The notes beneath the pieces were generated by a model. That model worked only from the letters and a program-made list of their open reading frames with translations. It was not told the DNA's origin and did not search any database. A DNA stretch of 64,000 bases, taken from assembly GCA_951406725.2 (NCBI GenBank), contig OX597823.1, positions 94,054,001-94,118,000 on the forward strand, read 5' to 3'. This document shows positions 51,520-64,000 of this stretch, piece by piece. Origin of the DNA: Octopus vulgaris (lineage: Eukaryota). Position 1 is the first letter of the stretch, and each line of letters begins with the position of its first letter. The translations under genes were made by a program, and so were the position numbers.

Positions 51520-51822
51520 TGGTTGGCACGTGACCTAGTGCTTAGGGTAATGCTCTCACGATCGCTAGATTGTTGGTTCGATTCCCGAACCGAGTGGCGC
51601 GTGATGTTCTTGAGCAAAACACTTCATTTCTCGTTGCTGTAGCGCACTCATCTGTAAATGGATCACCCTGCGATGGGATAGCCTTCCGATCAGTGGCTAT
51701 GGACATTGGCCTGCTTGCCGTGTCAGCGGGGTGGCATCACTCGAAAGCTCAAGTGATGCAAAGCGCATTTTGATCAGCGATGTATAACAACATCCGATAG
51801 TCTGGCGGATCACGTAATCACG
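51520..51822 (+). mobile_element. CORE-like SINE carrying tail type 1
   Basis: GGTTCGATTCC, TTCTTGAGCAAAACACTT. The 3' part TTGGCCTGC...GATCACGTAATCACG matches the 20.7 kb tail. Confidence 0.75.
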
Positions 51823-52143
51823 TAAAGCGCTATATATTAAATGGATTAAAATTCCCAGAAAATTTTATAAGTACCATAGATTGGTGGAATAAGTAGTTCA
51901 ATGGATTATTTACTTTGCAATAAGTATATTATTTCCGTTTTATTTTGTTTGTTTTTAAATCTCCGTCTTTAAACCCCATCAAAATTGTTAAATACCCCCA
52001 CTTCACCCGTCCAGTAACATACGCAATCGTGTTGTGATAATCTGGTATATCATTACTCTGGTTATTTAATAAAAGGGTACTTGAGTGATAGGAATTGTAA
52101 GACAACCAGTCAAAATAGCTTAGATTAATATTGTTCCAGCCCT

Positions 52144-52620
52144 TTAAGTTCCGATTTTAAATCCTACCAGGAATCGATTTTTTAGACATCTGTACCATTT
52201 TCCAGAGACGACAATATAATTACCGGCGCATAGATCGATTGATCTGAGAACAGTCTGACTTTGAATGTGTAGTCTAGTGCCTATGTTTCGAAGGATTATT
52301 ATTAATATTATTATCTTTAAACATAGGAGAATGGCTAGCGGAATATCTTCAGTAGTTAGTTTGGTCACACTACGTTTCCATATCAAAGAATATCCGTGAA
52401 TCTTAAGTATTTTTTCCAAGACCGAGAAACTTTTTGATCAGCCTATAGAAACCTTTACAAACATGAAATCTTAGAATTCTCTCAGACATCAAAGAGATCA
52501 ACCAACTTTCGTCGCTTATTTAAGAAGAAATGTAACAAATGGAACAAAACGCAATGTCGTTCGATAAAAGGGTTACATTACCGGACTGGAAGCGATTGCA
52601 ACGTGTGTTGTTTGTTGACT
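52144..52620 (-). mobile_element. possible Penelope-like RT remnant
   Basis: LEKILKIHGYS resembles the Penelope IL..NGYP thumb motif; heavily decayed. Confidence 0.3.
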
Positions 52621-52899
52621 GCAAAACAACCAATGAATTCAGCGGTACGAAAATCTTTGTTGATTAATGAATTGAAAACACCTTTTCTGATATCAGGAAT
52701 AACTGTTAAGTGGCCGACGAACTCTGTTGTGAAAATGAAATAGCAGAGTTAAAATTTCAGATATAAAAGATGTTTAGAAACTAAAAACGGTTCTATAAAT
52801 TTACAGTTCCTGGCAAGAGGTGACTTTGTAATGTTGGCTTCTTGCTGCTTTCTTTTTCAAATTGGTACTTATAATGTATTTATTTTTTATCTTTTGGTC

Positions 52900-53100
52900 G
52901 AGACGACGAGCTGGAAAAACCGTTAGCACGCCGAAAAAAATGCTAAGGGGCATTTCACCCATCATTACGTTCTGATTTCAAATTTCGCCGAGGCCGATTA
53001 TGCCTTTATTCTTTCAGGGTCCATAAAATAAGCATCATTTGAGCACGAGGTTCGATGTAATCCACTCGGCCAATATTTGAAGCCTATAGTATAAAAGATT
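52900..53100 (+). mobile_element. degenerate SINE family A
   Basis: GAGCTGGAAAAACCGTTAGCACGCCG...ACGTTCTGATTTCAAATTTCGCCGAGG. Confidence 0.75.
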
Positions 53101-53544
53101 ATTTATCTTTTAGTCGGGTGTGAAGGTAATGCCCATGATCAATCACAGAGCCTCCAAGACTGGAGGAAGGAAGGAATACCCAAACGGGATATCTGACACG
53201 AAAACCACCACTTGACGGCATGGGTAACAATTGTGGTGTGGCTCTGACCAGAGAACCAGTTGGTGTGTTATTAAAGCGGGAGACGGATTTAAACTCAGAA
53301 CTCAAGGAAGTGAAACAAACACAAGGCACCTGGTCCCACTTACCATGACCAACCCATTGTTTGGAATTTGCACTTTTTTATTATAGAGCTCCAAGAAAAT
53401 GAAAATCAAAGTTAATATCGTGAACTCGGTGGTATTTGAACACCGAGTGTTGAGATTTGGAAGAAACATCACGACGTGTTCTGCCCGATGCTCCATCGAC
53501 TCTATCAATTCACCGACAATCATCATAGTCAGCGTCGTCGCCAA

Positions 53545-53802
53545 CCTCTGAACATTACAGAACTCACAGGGCTGTTTTCTCGGTTTCCATGGTGTAAAAT
53601 TGACTGGGGTTGCAAATCCCCACCTCCCCGCCCAACAGGGTGCTACTCCATTGCAAGGTTACTTTTTTACGGCTAAGTGAGCTGGAACAATGGAAAATGA
53701 AATGTTTTTCCTCGAGGACACAACCCACCGCCCGGTTCACGAATCGAAACCACTACTGCAAGAACGTGAGAGACGCACTCCTAACCACTAGACCACCTGC
53801 CT
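53545..53802 (-). mobile_element. tRNA-derived CORE-like SINE
   Basis: Minus-strand GGTGGTCTAGTGG A-box, GTTTCGATTCG B-box, TGTGTCCTCGAGGAAAAAC. Confidence 0.65.
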
Positions 53803-53911
53803 TCATTCACCTTCTCTCATCGCTTTTATGACATAATTGAAAAGCTTCTTTGCTCACAAAATGAAAATGCAATGGATTTTGTTGTGAGAATTAAATTTAA
53901 GGTCCTCGCTA

Positions 53912-54595
53912 AGCTGATCTACCAATCATTTACACACTGCTGAAAAGAGCAGAAGTCAGGTGCGCAAGACACCTTGTGCGAATGCCCGGCAATGTGACTC
54001 CTGGAGAAACTGCTTTACACCACAAACTGGCAGAAGGCAAAAACACGCATGGCGGTCAGAAAACGCACTTCAAGGACTCAGAGCTTCACTGAAGAGCTTT
54101 AACCCATTACGTCTCACTGTCCTATAAATAGGACACTAAATGAGAACATTAAATAAGCTATATCACATTGTCTCAGTGTCCTATTCATAGGATACCGAGT
54201 ATTTCCATATCTACTTGAATTAAAGGAGTTTTCATAATTATTTGTTTTAATTCTAACCTATTTTCAATCATCTGCAAATATTAAAAGTAATATTCAGCAC
54301 TCTGAGACTTAATGGGTTAAGGTCAACGCCGACGAAGCCGAATCAACACACTGGTGCCACCTCCTACGAACAAGAGAGGATTGCAGGGAAAAAAAGAAAA
54401 TGTGAACTACGCAAGTGCAGAGCCAAGTCTTTGCCTTCAGTTCCAAGAGACCATTATTGCCCGGCCTGCGCCAGAGACTTCCGGTCTTGCGTCAGCATGA
54501 TGGGCCACAATCAGAAACACCAAGCCCCGTGCCCCGTGTTCCATCTTCTTCTCCCGTGTGATGTCCCAGGTCATCGTTGACAACTGCGGACAAAC

Positions 54596-54632
<37 letters not shown>
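53912..54632 (+). mobile_element. RTE-clade LINE 3' fragment with (TAA)n tail, interrupted by a piggyBac MITE
   Basis: ADLPIIYTLLKRAEVRCARHLVRMP...LAEGKNTHGGQKTHFKDS. Confidence 0.75.
54103..54316. mobile_element. piggyBac-type MITE, copy 2
   Basis: TTAA at 54099-54102 and 54317-54320, CCCATTA...TAATGGG termini, homologous to 3365-3558. Confidence 0.85.
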
Positions 54633-54634
<2 letters not shown>

Positions 54635-55473
54635 TTTTATTATTTAAGTTTATATAGCTGTCAAGAATAGGTAATAGGTTAAAAGGTACCTAACCTGACC
54701 TAAGCTGAACCTATGACATTGGAGGAAGTTCTTTTTTTAAATATACATTTTGTCTAGACATTGGGGATTATGTACTTAACCAGTTAATGCTACTAAACAA
54801 GGGCAAAGTTGGTGTTTTTAATTCTGGCCCGACACGTCACCGAATTTATGACGAGGAAAGTAAAATCATTAAATTAAACTGTAGTAAATTCATCATAGCG
54901 AAGCAAAGCGATAAAACTTGTCCATCATTTAAAAGTGGGAATAAACAAATATAAAGAAAAGGAAGAACATACGACAAAGCAAAGTCAAAATATTGTCAGC
55001 CGTGCTCTGATAGGTTAGAGGCAGACAAATATTTTAATGGAAACGCGTGAAGGAATTATCGGTATTAATTGAAGTCAACACTTGAAAATTACTTAAGGGC
55101 GACAATAAACGTCATTCAAATTTTGAACTTTTTTCGAAACCTGAATCAATTTATGAGACTGTGCATCTTATAAATTTCGTATTGAATATGCTAATGAACA
55201 AATAAGGAATTGGACTACTGGCGGCAAATTATTTCTCGTCGTCGTCATCGTCGTTTTTTTTTTGTTTTTTTGTTAGATCGTTGTTAGGCCGTCGTACATG
55301 TTAATTTGTTGTGTGCCTTCTTTATATTCCGAGTTCAAAACCCGGCAAAATTTCTCCGTCATCTTTCGTTTTCTCCGGATTGAATGAATTATGAAGTCCT
55401 GTGAAACTGCTGTCTTGACTACAACCTTCACAGCAAAGCCAGAAATGATCAGCAGCATCATTATCATCGTCAT

Positions 55474-55517
<44 letters not shown>

Positions 55518-55522
55518 GGAGG

Positions 55523-55918
55523 AGGCGCAATGGCCCAGTGGTTAGAGAGGATCACGGACTCGCGGTCGGAGGATCACGGTTTCGATTCCCAGACCGGGCG
55601 TTGTGTGTGCTTATTGAGCGAAAGCACCTAAAAGCTCCACGAGGCACCGGCAAGGGTTGGTGGCGACCCCTGTTGTACTCTTTCGCCCTAACTTTCTCTC
55701 ACTCTTTCTTCTTGTTTCTTGTCCGCGACTTCCTACGCTACTGCTGAGCTTGGATGCGCGTTCATCCATCCGTCGATGCTCTCGGTGTCGGCGGTTGACC
55801 TGCTTTCTCTTCTGCGGGTCTTACGAATAGCAAAGGACCACGTTTCTGACTTCTTCCATCTTGCGAGCTCCGAGACGGAGACCGTTCGCTCAACAGCAAC
55901 AGCAACAGCAGCAGCAGC
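55523..55918 (+). mobile_element. SINE family C with alternative tail type 2, in a (CAG)n context
   Basis: First ~185 nt match 20519-20703, then an unrelated tail ending in (CAACAG)n(CAG)n. Confidence 0.85.
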
Positions 55919-55999
55919 CGTTCAAGAATTTGGACCTGGAGATCTCCATTTCCAGCGACTTCGAGCATGACTACTAAAGAAGTGTCTACTGTCACCTTA

Positions 56000-56142
56000 A
56001 TCTGAGTCCAAATTCTGCCGAGATCGATTTTGCCTTTCATCCTCTCAGGGTCGATAAATTAAGTGCCAGTGGAAAACCGGAGTTCATGTAATCGACTTTA
56101 CACCTCCCCTAACATAGCTTCCCTTCAGGCAAAATTTGAACC
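56000..56142 (+). mobile_element. SINE family A 3' fragment
   Basis: TCTGAGTCCAAATTCTGCCGAGATCGATTTTGCCTTTCATCC. Confidence 0.75.
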
Positions 56143-56194
<52 letters not shown>

Positions 56195-56228
56195 ATTATT
56201 ATTATTATTATTACTATTATTATTATTA

Positions 56229-56310
<82 letters not shown>

Positions 56311-56314
56311 ATTG

Positions 56315-58838
56315 TTGCCTTTGGCTGGAGATTACTACGGTATCGGCTGTTCATTACTAGTGAACTAACATAACACCTCTTATTTTTCGAGCACCTTCCG
56401 GAGTATTCGAGCGGTTCCAAGCAGTGCTGTTTTCTGCAAGTTCTCCACCCTTTTTCCAGCCCCTATTTATTCCACGTATTTCTCGAGATTTTGCTCATTC
56501 TTCCCAGGGCTCCGACAATTATTGGTACTACTGCTACCTTTTCATCGACCACAACTGCTTAACGTCCCAAGCTAACCTGTCATATCTCTCAACTTTTCTT
56601 TCTTCTGTATCGCATACATTGTTGTCAGCTGAAAATGCTATATCTATGATCCAGCATAGTTTGTTTTCTTTCTCAATTAACACAAGTCTAATTTCCTGTT
56701 CTCTATCTCATGATCGCACTGAATCATAAAATCCCATAGGATCTTTGCATTTGTATTTTCGGCGATGTCTTCAAGTTTGTGGTCGTACCAATTTTTTGCT
56801 CTGTCAAGTCCATACTTGTTGCAAAGTGTCCACTTCCTTCTGGGCTAGTGGCATACATTGGCTGTAATATGACATACGGTTTCACCGTTTTGTCCACAGG
56901 TTCTGCATTTACCACTTTCTGATGTGTTGTCTATTCTGTATTTTATGTTGTTTGTTCTTAGTGCTTGCTCTTGGGCAGCACAGATTAGAGCCTCCGTTTC
57001 CGGTTTTAAATTACTTTTAGTCATCTACAGCCATTTTTCTTTGTCTGTCTTATCTTCAACATCCCCATGAAATTGACCATGCATTCTTTTCTTTACTCGC
57101 CTATTTTCTGTTTCATTCATTTTCAATTTCTTGTATAGTGCTTTATGTTTGCAATCTTCCATCCTATACGAGCCTGACCACCCTACTTCTAATAATAGCA
57201 GTTCTGTGGCATCAGGAGTTGATACTTGGTACCTCTGTACTTACGCTTGCAACTCTTCTGCTTATGTGGCAGGACTCCCTTTTTTCCCAGTTGTTCGTAC
57301 ATTGACTCTGCGAGTATTCCAGTCAATAACTTCCACATAAGTGGCAAACAGGATATCTTCCTGTAATAGTCTACCATATTACCTTTTCCGATGTTTTTCA
57401 GGCACAGCACTGTCCTACACAATGTCAACCACTCTGGTGTTGCTTAGTCGGCATCTAACAAGGTATTGAGTTGCGTAGCTATTCGTACATGACTTTCACC
57501 AAATCTATTGATCCGGTAGCCTTGAAATCCATCTGGTCCTGGGGCCTTCCAGTTGCTCATTTTTTTGCTGAGTCCTTCATTTCCCTAACGGAAATGACTA
57601 GTTCTGTCTGTTTTGGACAGACTTCTGTTTGTTTCAGTTCTTGCAACCATTCAGCATACTTCTTGTTCTCCTTTTCTTTGCTCCAGATGTCACTCCAAAA
57701 CCTTTGACTTTCAATGTTATTTGGTATCAACTTTTCATCTGTACACTCTCCATTTATTTCTTTATAGAATCTCATCTGATCTACTCTGAATAACCTATTC
57801 TGGTAGTAACCCTTCATTCTTTGGTCGTATCTTACAATCTTTTGCTTTCTTTGCAACGAAGCACTGTTTCAGTTCCTCCTTTACTACTTTCAGGCCCTTT
57901 CTTTCAATATTATACTTCATTTTCAGTACCCTGTATTTTTGTTCACTTTTAAGTTCCCCTTTCTCTTTTTGGTCTAACACAGAGATTTCCTTCGAGAGCA
58001 TGTCTAACCCTGCCTAGATTCTTCTTTTCCATCATGGATCTTATATTTTGTCACTCCCATTATGCTTCTTTTTCTTGACATTAGCACTCACATTTTCTGC
58101 TACAACAATACTTGCTGCCTTGATCAAATTATTTCTTTCTGAGATGTTGTTTGTTCTGATGTATTTCAGAATTCCATTGGCATTTTTCATTTCTTGGTTC
58201 AATTTCCATCGATCGACCTTTTTAAGGCCGCAAATAATGTCTCTATCGTTCTCCTGTAGACTTACATTTATTCTGTCGTAGATTGCCTTTTGTTCATCTA
58301 TCATGCCACTATTAGTTTTATCGTCTTCGTTTAGATCATCTATATGTCTCTCATCAAGTAAGCTACCACTGCTCCTTTCTTGTGCTATGAGATTACTCTT
58401 ATTAGTATGAACTGTGTTTTCTTTCTTATCTATGCTACTATTGTCCATGACCCGTATTTTGATAGCTTCGAGCTCTACTTCTGTGGACCAACAATTTTTT
58501 CTTATTGCTCTAGCTTGATCACATAGTTTCTGTTCCGTGAGTTAAAACAATCCATTTTCTCTCCAATGATCATATATATGTTGTCGGTAACCTCTAATTT
58601 GAGCACTACTTTCATCTACCGGGCTGCTCAGGTAGTAACACTCCATGACCACAGCATTAATTTGTTTGCTCCATCTATGCCGTGTGTGGTGGTCCCTTTC
58701 TGGATATCAACAGGCTGGAGCCAGATCAGAATCTCTGAAACTGTTCATACCCTTTTTCTGTTAATTTGAAGCCACATACCAGGCTAACATCTCAGTGCAC
58801 TCTTTTGCATACACAGTCATGGCTGCGTTTATACTCCT
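56315..58838 (-). mobile_element. R4/Dong-clade non-LTR retrotransposon, both ends present, RT core deleted, embedded in (TAA)n
   Basis: N-terminal RHRWSKQINAVVMECYY...TEQKLCDQARAIRKN; YYQNRLF; KAPGPDG-like; [15 protein letters not shown]; HGQF, ETEALICAAQEQAL, CRTC, ILWDF, LQKTALLGTARILRKVL*. Trinucleotide arrays on both sides. Confidence 0.9.
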
Positions 58839-58848
58839 ATTATCATCC

Positions 58849-58886
<38 letters not shown>

Positions 58887-58918
58887 GTTATTGTTGTTGT
58901 TGTTGTTGTTGTTGTTAA

Positions 58919-58988
<70 letters not shown>

Positions 58989-59526
58989 GAGTGAGAGAAC
59001 AGTGCATGCCATCAAAGTGACACTGGGGTAAAATATACGAAGCCAGTATACCCATCATGACTACCCGTCTGATAAGGGTACACTAGGCACATGCATCACA
59101 ACCATATGTGATCTCATATCAAGATAAACAGCACATGACCTTTGCAGGTGGGGTCCAGGTAGAATTTTCTTCTGGTCAAGTGACCCATCCCACTCAAAAG
59201 GTCCTCGAATAAGGGTTGTTTAAGGATGTTGAACGAAACACCCATGTTTCCAGAGATGTTTCAAACCCCAAAGAATCCCTCTCAACACATGGCTATGATG
59301 CTCCCCCACTACTTCTGCTCGTGGTCAGAGATGCACATATCGTCAGCAACAAAGGGACATGCTCAACTGGTTAAGGTCAAACAACTGACAAACAAATCTG
59401 TGGTATTGAGGAGAATATTTGCTGTAGCCCATCTTTTATACCAAAATAAAACAATGTACATGATAACACTTCCAATCAGTTAAGATGAGAACCCACGAGA
59501 GACACTGCCTGGTACTGCATCAGGGC
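58989..59526 (-). mobile_element. family D element, copy 2, within (TTA)n
   Basis: Homologous to 42645-43174. (TTA)n at 58840-58988 and 59527-59731. Confidence 0.8.
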
Positions 59527-59539
59527 AATATTATTATTA

Positions 59540-59627
<88 letters not shown>

Positions 59628-59629
59628 CA

Positions 59630-59687
<58 letters not shown>

Positions 59688-61029
59688 CATCATTATTAAT
59701 ATTATTATTTTTATTATTATTATTATTATTAGTTGACGACAAAGGTCGTGTTTTTTCATTCGTTCTGAGAAATTTGCATCATTATCTTCTTTTTTATTTC
59801 AGTTATTTTCCTGAAAGAAATACTTGGAATATTCCACTGTTCACCCCGTTTATCTTGAGGTGTAAAATATGACATTTTAACATTATATATTATTAAGCAT
59901 TCATTTTCTTGTATTTCAATATGAATTTTCCCTCTGGAACAGCAGTAAGAGTTAGAAAGGTGGTAGTAGCGAACATACAACCAACAATTTCTAGAGGAAT
60001 TTGAAAATGTTGCTGGCAAAAATGCAGATGTTGAAAATATTTATAAAAAGACAAATATATCCGCGTTCATGTTTGTATATGGAAACATTAACAATGCAAG
60101 CTAAACAAACGGCAGTTTTATAAACGAATGCATCTTTAAACACAGACTAGTATTAAAAATGTTTAGAATATTGGAAATAACGAGCACAACTTTGCTTGTG
60201 TTAGCAGTTAGGATCAGATATTTAAATTCGAACCAGTTCTCCGGAAACCACAGAGAGAATAGATAAAGATGGGATCGTTCTCATTAGTTGATGATTTTAT
60301 GGAAGAAAGGTTAAAGAAGAAAATAGCATATCAGCCATACTTTTCTCTCTCGAATGGGTATATCAGGGTATACCTGACTTTCAGACTGAATAAAGAAACA
60401 GAACAGAAGTTTCAATAACCTTCCCCTTAGTGAAGACTTGACAAATAGACCTCTTGGTTGCTAAATGCACGATTCCCGCGCACACACATGTGAAATGAAA
60501 GTCCTCGATCTTAAACCAAAATCGGTTGATATATCATGGGAAGTTTCGTAGATTACCGTAATCTAAGTGAGCATTGGAGAAAATTTATGTTCTAATAATA
60601 TAACGAACTAGCTTTCCTCGTCTGCACCGATTTGTAAATATACAATTGTATAGCATAATGCGTAGCATTCACATTGGGACAGACATGTGAACATAATTTT
60701 TTATACACTGGAATTATTATTAAATTATGAAGGCTACGAAACGGCCGTAGTCTTAAGGAGGATAAGTGGTTAAATAAATATGTTCGCCACTCATGCTTCC
60801 TTATATTTTATAGTTTATATAGACATCATGAAATAATTTCATCGACTGAACCTCCTCAATTTCAACTAAATACTCGTCCGTATTTGATTAATATCTGGTC
60901 TGCTAGCCAGATCTACCAGGTGAACTTTCTGTGATGGCCACGTCGTTCTATGAAGCCATATATTAGATTTTAAGTCTCTGTGTGTATATATATATATATA
61001 TGTGTGTATGTGTGTGTGTGTGTTTGTGT

Positions 61030-61432
61030 GTATAGTGGTTGTCTACTCCTTATGCAGAGTTTGACCACCTCCTGTACCTACACCTTAGCACCACCATGGC
61101 ATCTAATGTGGCTTTTTGAACCAGGCAATGTTCTGAAGAGACACCCGCATAGACTACACCTCCGATTTGGACCAACAAGACCTGCAGATAAGTTCCGCTC
61201 TTTGTGGATCTTAAAATGTCTTTTGAGGCTTCCGTTGGATTTCCAAACCTTCTGACATACACTGTATTCAAAGGTGTGCACAGACATATAGTCAGAATAG
61301 CTGGTGGAGGTTCGTTTTCCATGCGTTCACAGATGAGATTTGAGGCCAGCAAAAGACAGGTATGGTCTGTCGCAGACTGTGCACACAAAAAGGTCATTGT
61401 CATTCACCTTCTCGATCGTTACATTCTTCCTT
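61030..61432 (-). mobile_element. RTE-type LINE 3' end with C2H2 zinc-finger remnants
   Basis: YSVCQKVWKSNGSLKRHFKIH and CSLCGCLFRTLPGSKSHIRCH. Homologous to 48028-48316; ends in a microsatellite. Confidence 0.65.
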
Positions 61433-61448
61433 AGATCTCCTTTAGACT

Positions 61449-61781
<333 letters not shown>

Positions 61782-62339
61782 TAAAGAACTCTTTGAAATG
61801 CCTTTGACAAAAGTAAAGGTGATTTTATGAATGGGTTTCTTTATTGCTTGTTGAAAGACATAAAAAAAAAGAACCGAATAAAAGAAAAGGTTCTTACCCA
61901 AAATATTTGTATGATTTGACAGTGAATATGTTTTGAAAGACAAGATGTAAATAACGCTGTCATACTTCATGTTGTTGTTTACAGAGCAGGTGTATGTGCT
62001 TTATGTCGTCATAAGAATCATAGCAAAACGGTGAGAGATAAAAATGCGTCTGTCAGTTCAAAGTGTGATAAATTTGATATGCTGTCTACAAGCCTGTTTG
62101 TAGATATCTATTTGACGATATTCATCTGACAGTCGACAAAACACAAGTTGAAATGCTTCATTATGATGGCAACGGAAAAGTCAAAGTTATTCAGCAAACA
62201 TGGCACCTTTTTTCCCAACAATAATCTCCACAGAATAAAAAAAATCCGGCGAAATCTTAGTATCGAAACTTGTTCTCAGTAACAACGTTATTTCTATTGA
62301 AAACGTGAAACGATACGAGTTATAGTTTCTCTTGTATTG

Positions 62340-62401
<62 letters not shown>

Positions 62402-62436
62402 TATATACATATATATACATATGTATAAATACATAC

Positions 62437-62767
62437 AACAATTGCAGCGTGGAAGGTGTTTGTAAGCCATTTAAGAAACACACAAAAGCCGTTCGATTCA
62501 CTTCAACATTTAAGTTTAATTTGTCAAAATATTTTCGTCGCTAAAATCCGCGACCTGTTCACTGAGATGCAGCACGAATTTTTGTCAGTGAACAGGTCGC
62601 GGAATTTAGCGACGAAAATATTTTGACAAATTAAACTTAAATGTTGAAGTGAATCGAACGGCTTTTATGTGTTTCTTAAATGGCTTACAAACACCTTCCA
62701 CGCTGCAATTGTTTTCGTTCCAACACACGATCTCAGATCAAATCACTTGCTATGCGAGTACATCTCC
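62437..62767. mobile_element. family P palindromic repeat, copy 3 (best preserved)
   Basis: 129-bp arms 62437-62565 / 62585-62713 with 2 mismatches by eye, 19-nt spacer, right extension to 62767, TA-rich flanks. Confidence 0.9.
62581..62630 (+). ncRNA. hammerhead ribozyme-like motif, G3:C8 variant
   Basis: TTTGTCA-GTGAACA-G-GTCGC-GGAATTTA-GCGAC-GAAA-ATATT-T-TGACAAA: 7-bp stem I, 5-bp stem II, palindromic AATATT stem III. Confidence 0.7.
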
Positions 62768-62939
62768 TATATATACATATATATATAAAATTAATCAAAG
62801 GACATACTAATAATAATAATAATTATTATTATTATCGAACTCGGAATCTTGGGGTTAGTAGCCCGCGCTCTTAACCACCATGCCATATGCCCGTGGGCTA
62901 TTATGGGGCGAATTTTAAGGCTTATAAATCTAATATTTT

Positions 62940-63105
62940 CCTGTCCTTTCTTAATACCGGTTCCCATATGCTATTCATATCTGCACTCGCTCAGCTTAGA
63001 AGGTTATTGTGTCCTAACGTATGTGCTGCTTCTTTTAGTTTTCGTATTTTCCACTGGTGTTCTCTGTCTTTTATTTTAACTTCATCCCACAGGGGAATGT
63101 GCTTA
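62940..63105 (-). mobile_element. Penelope-like GIY-YIG endonuclease C-terminal remnant
   Basis: HIPLWDEVKIKDREHQWKIRKLKEAAH matches the W..VKI...E.....R..KEA pattern. Confidence 0.55.
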
Positions 63106-63699
63106 GATATAATTGAAAGTTTAACGAGAGAAAATGAGGACAGTACAGATATGCATTCATATAATACAACACAACAAAACATTTCAGTTGAAGTTATATT
63201 AGTCATTATAAGGGCAGTATTTGTCAACACAATGCTTTGAATTTCTGTGAGACATGGGTCTCCTGGGATGTTATCTAGACGTTTTTAAAATCCCTTTTTA
63301 ATTCATACAAAGAGTACTTCGAACAAGAGTGACACATTGCACTTCAGGATGCTACATCCATTGTATTTCAGTTTCCAAGCCCTTATATTTACTGAGCTTG
63401 TCAAATTCCTTGATAGACATTTTCTTATTTTGATGAAACAGTTATATCTATTTAACAAGTTCATATATACATTCATTGAGTCTTTTGTTAAACTTTTGCG
63501 CGAAAAAAAGTTCACCTTACATTTATGAAACAATGATTCCGATCAATAATATTATATAGAAGTGTATGTGTGTAATTTCTGCGTGTGTATATGTATACAT
63601 ATACAGATATCTATCTATAATTTATGCATATAATATATATATAAATTATATATATATATATACGTACATATATATATATACATATATATATATATTTAT

Positions 63700-63734
<35 letters not shown>

Positions 63735-64000
63735 CATATATATACGTACATATATATATATATATATATATACGTACATATATATATATATATATATATA
63801 TGTACATATACACACACATTTATACATGTATATACATATATACGTATGTATGTATATGAGAAAAGATGTGATGGTAGTGAGGCGGGTGAGAGGTATATAG
63901 AATTATGTTTTGGTCACTACACATTATTTTGAAACAAAACAAACACAAATATATCATCTCCTATTTGCTATTTGACACCACCGTCGAGAGGCTATTGATT

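Noticed and set aside
60722-60752. GAAACGGCCGTA hammerhead half-site
   Set aside because: The CUGANGA box is destroyed and stem II is unclear. It is noted only as a relic in possible Penelope debris.
61078-61287. C2H2 zinc-finger ORF as a host gene exon
   Set aside because: It is frameshifted, repeated at 48028-48316 next to RTE sequence and ends in a LINE-like 3' tail.

Overview
This is AT-rich, microsatellite-saturated, non-genic animal DNA. The repeat content strongly suggests a coleoid cephalopod (Octopus-like); that is an inference. I see no intact host protein-coding gene, and nearly all listed ORFs are microsatellite artefacts. Autonomous-type elements: a young but mutated L1/Tx1-clade LINE (~24.9-29.5 kb, minus), an internally deleted R4/Dong-clade LINE sitting in (TAA)n (56.3-58.8 kb), further R4 and RTE fragments, and several Tc1/mariner/DD37D relics. 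Non-autonomous elements: piggyBac-type MITEs, a Helitron and many tRNA-derived SINEs. The most interesting signals are: (1) a palindromic repeat family whose arms each fold into a minimal type-I hammerhead ribozyme with the 3:8 core pair swapped to G3:C8, alongside canonical C3:G8 and probable U3:A8 hammerheads in other Penelope-like repeats; (2) a SINE that repeatedly inserts at the same site in its own tRNA-like head; (3) SINE tail swapping that tracks with the flanking microsatellite; (4) a CTCF/YY1/TATA/splice-donor cluster at 38.5 kb that may be a host promoter. All calls were made by eye, with no database search or folding run.
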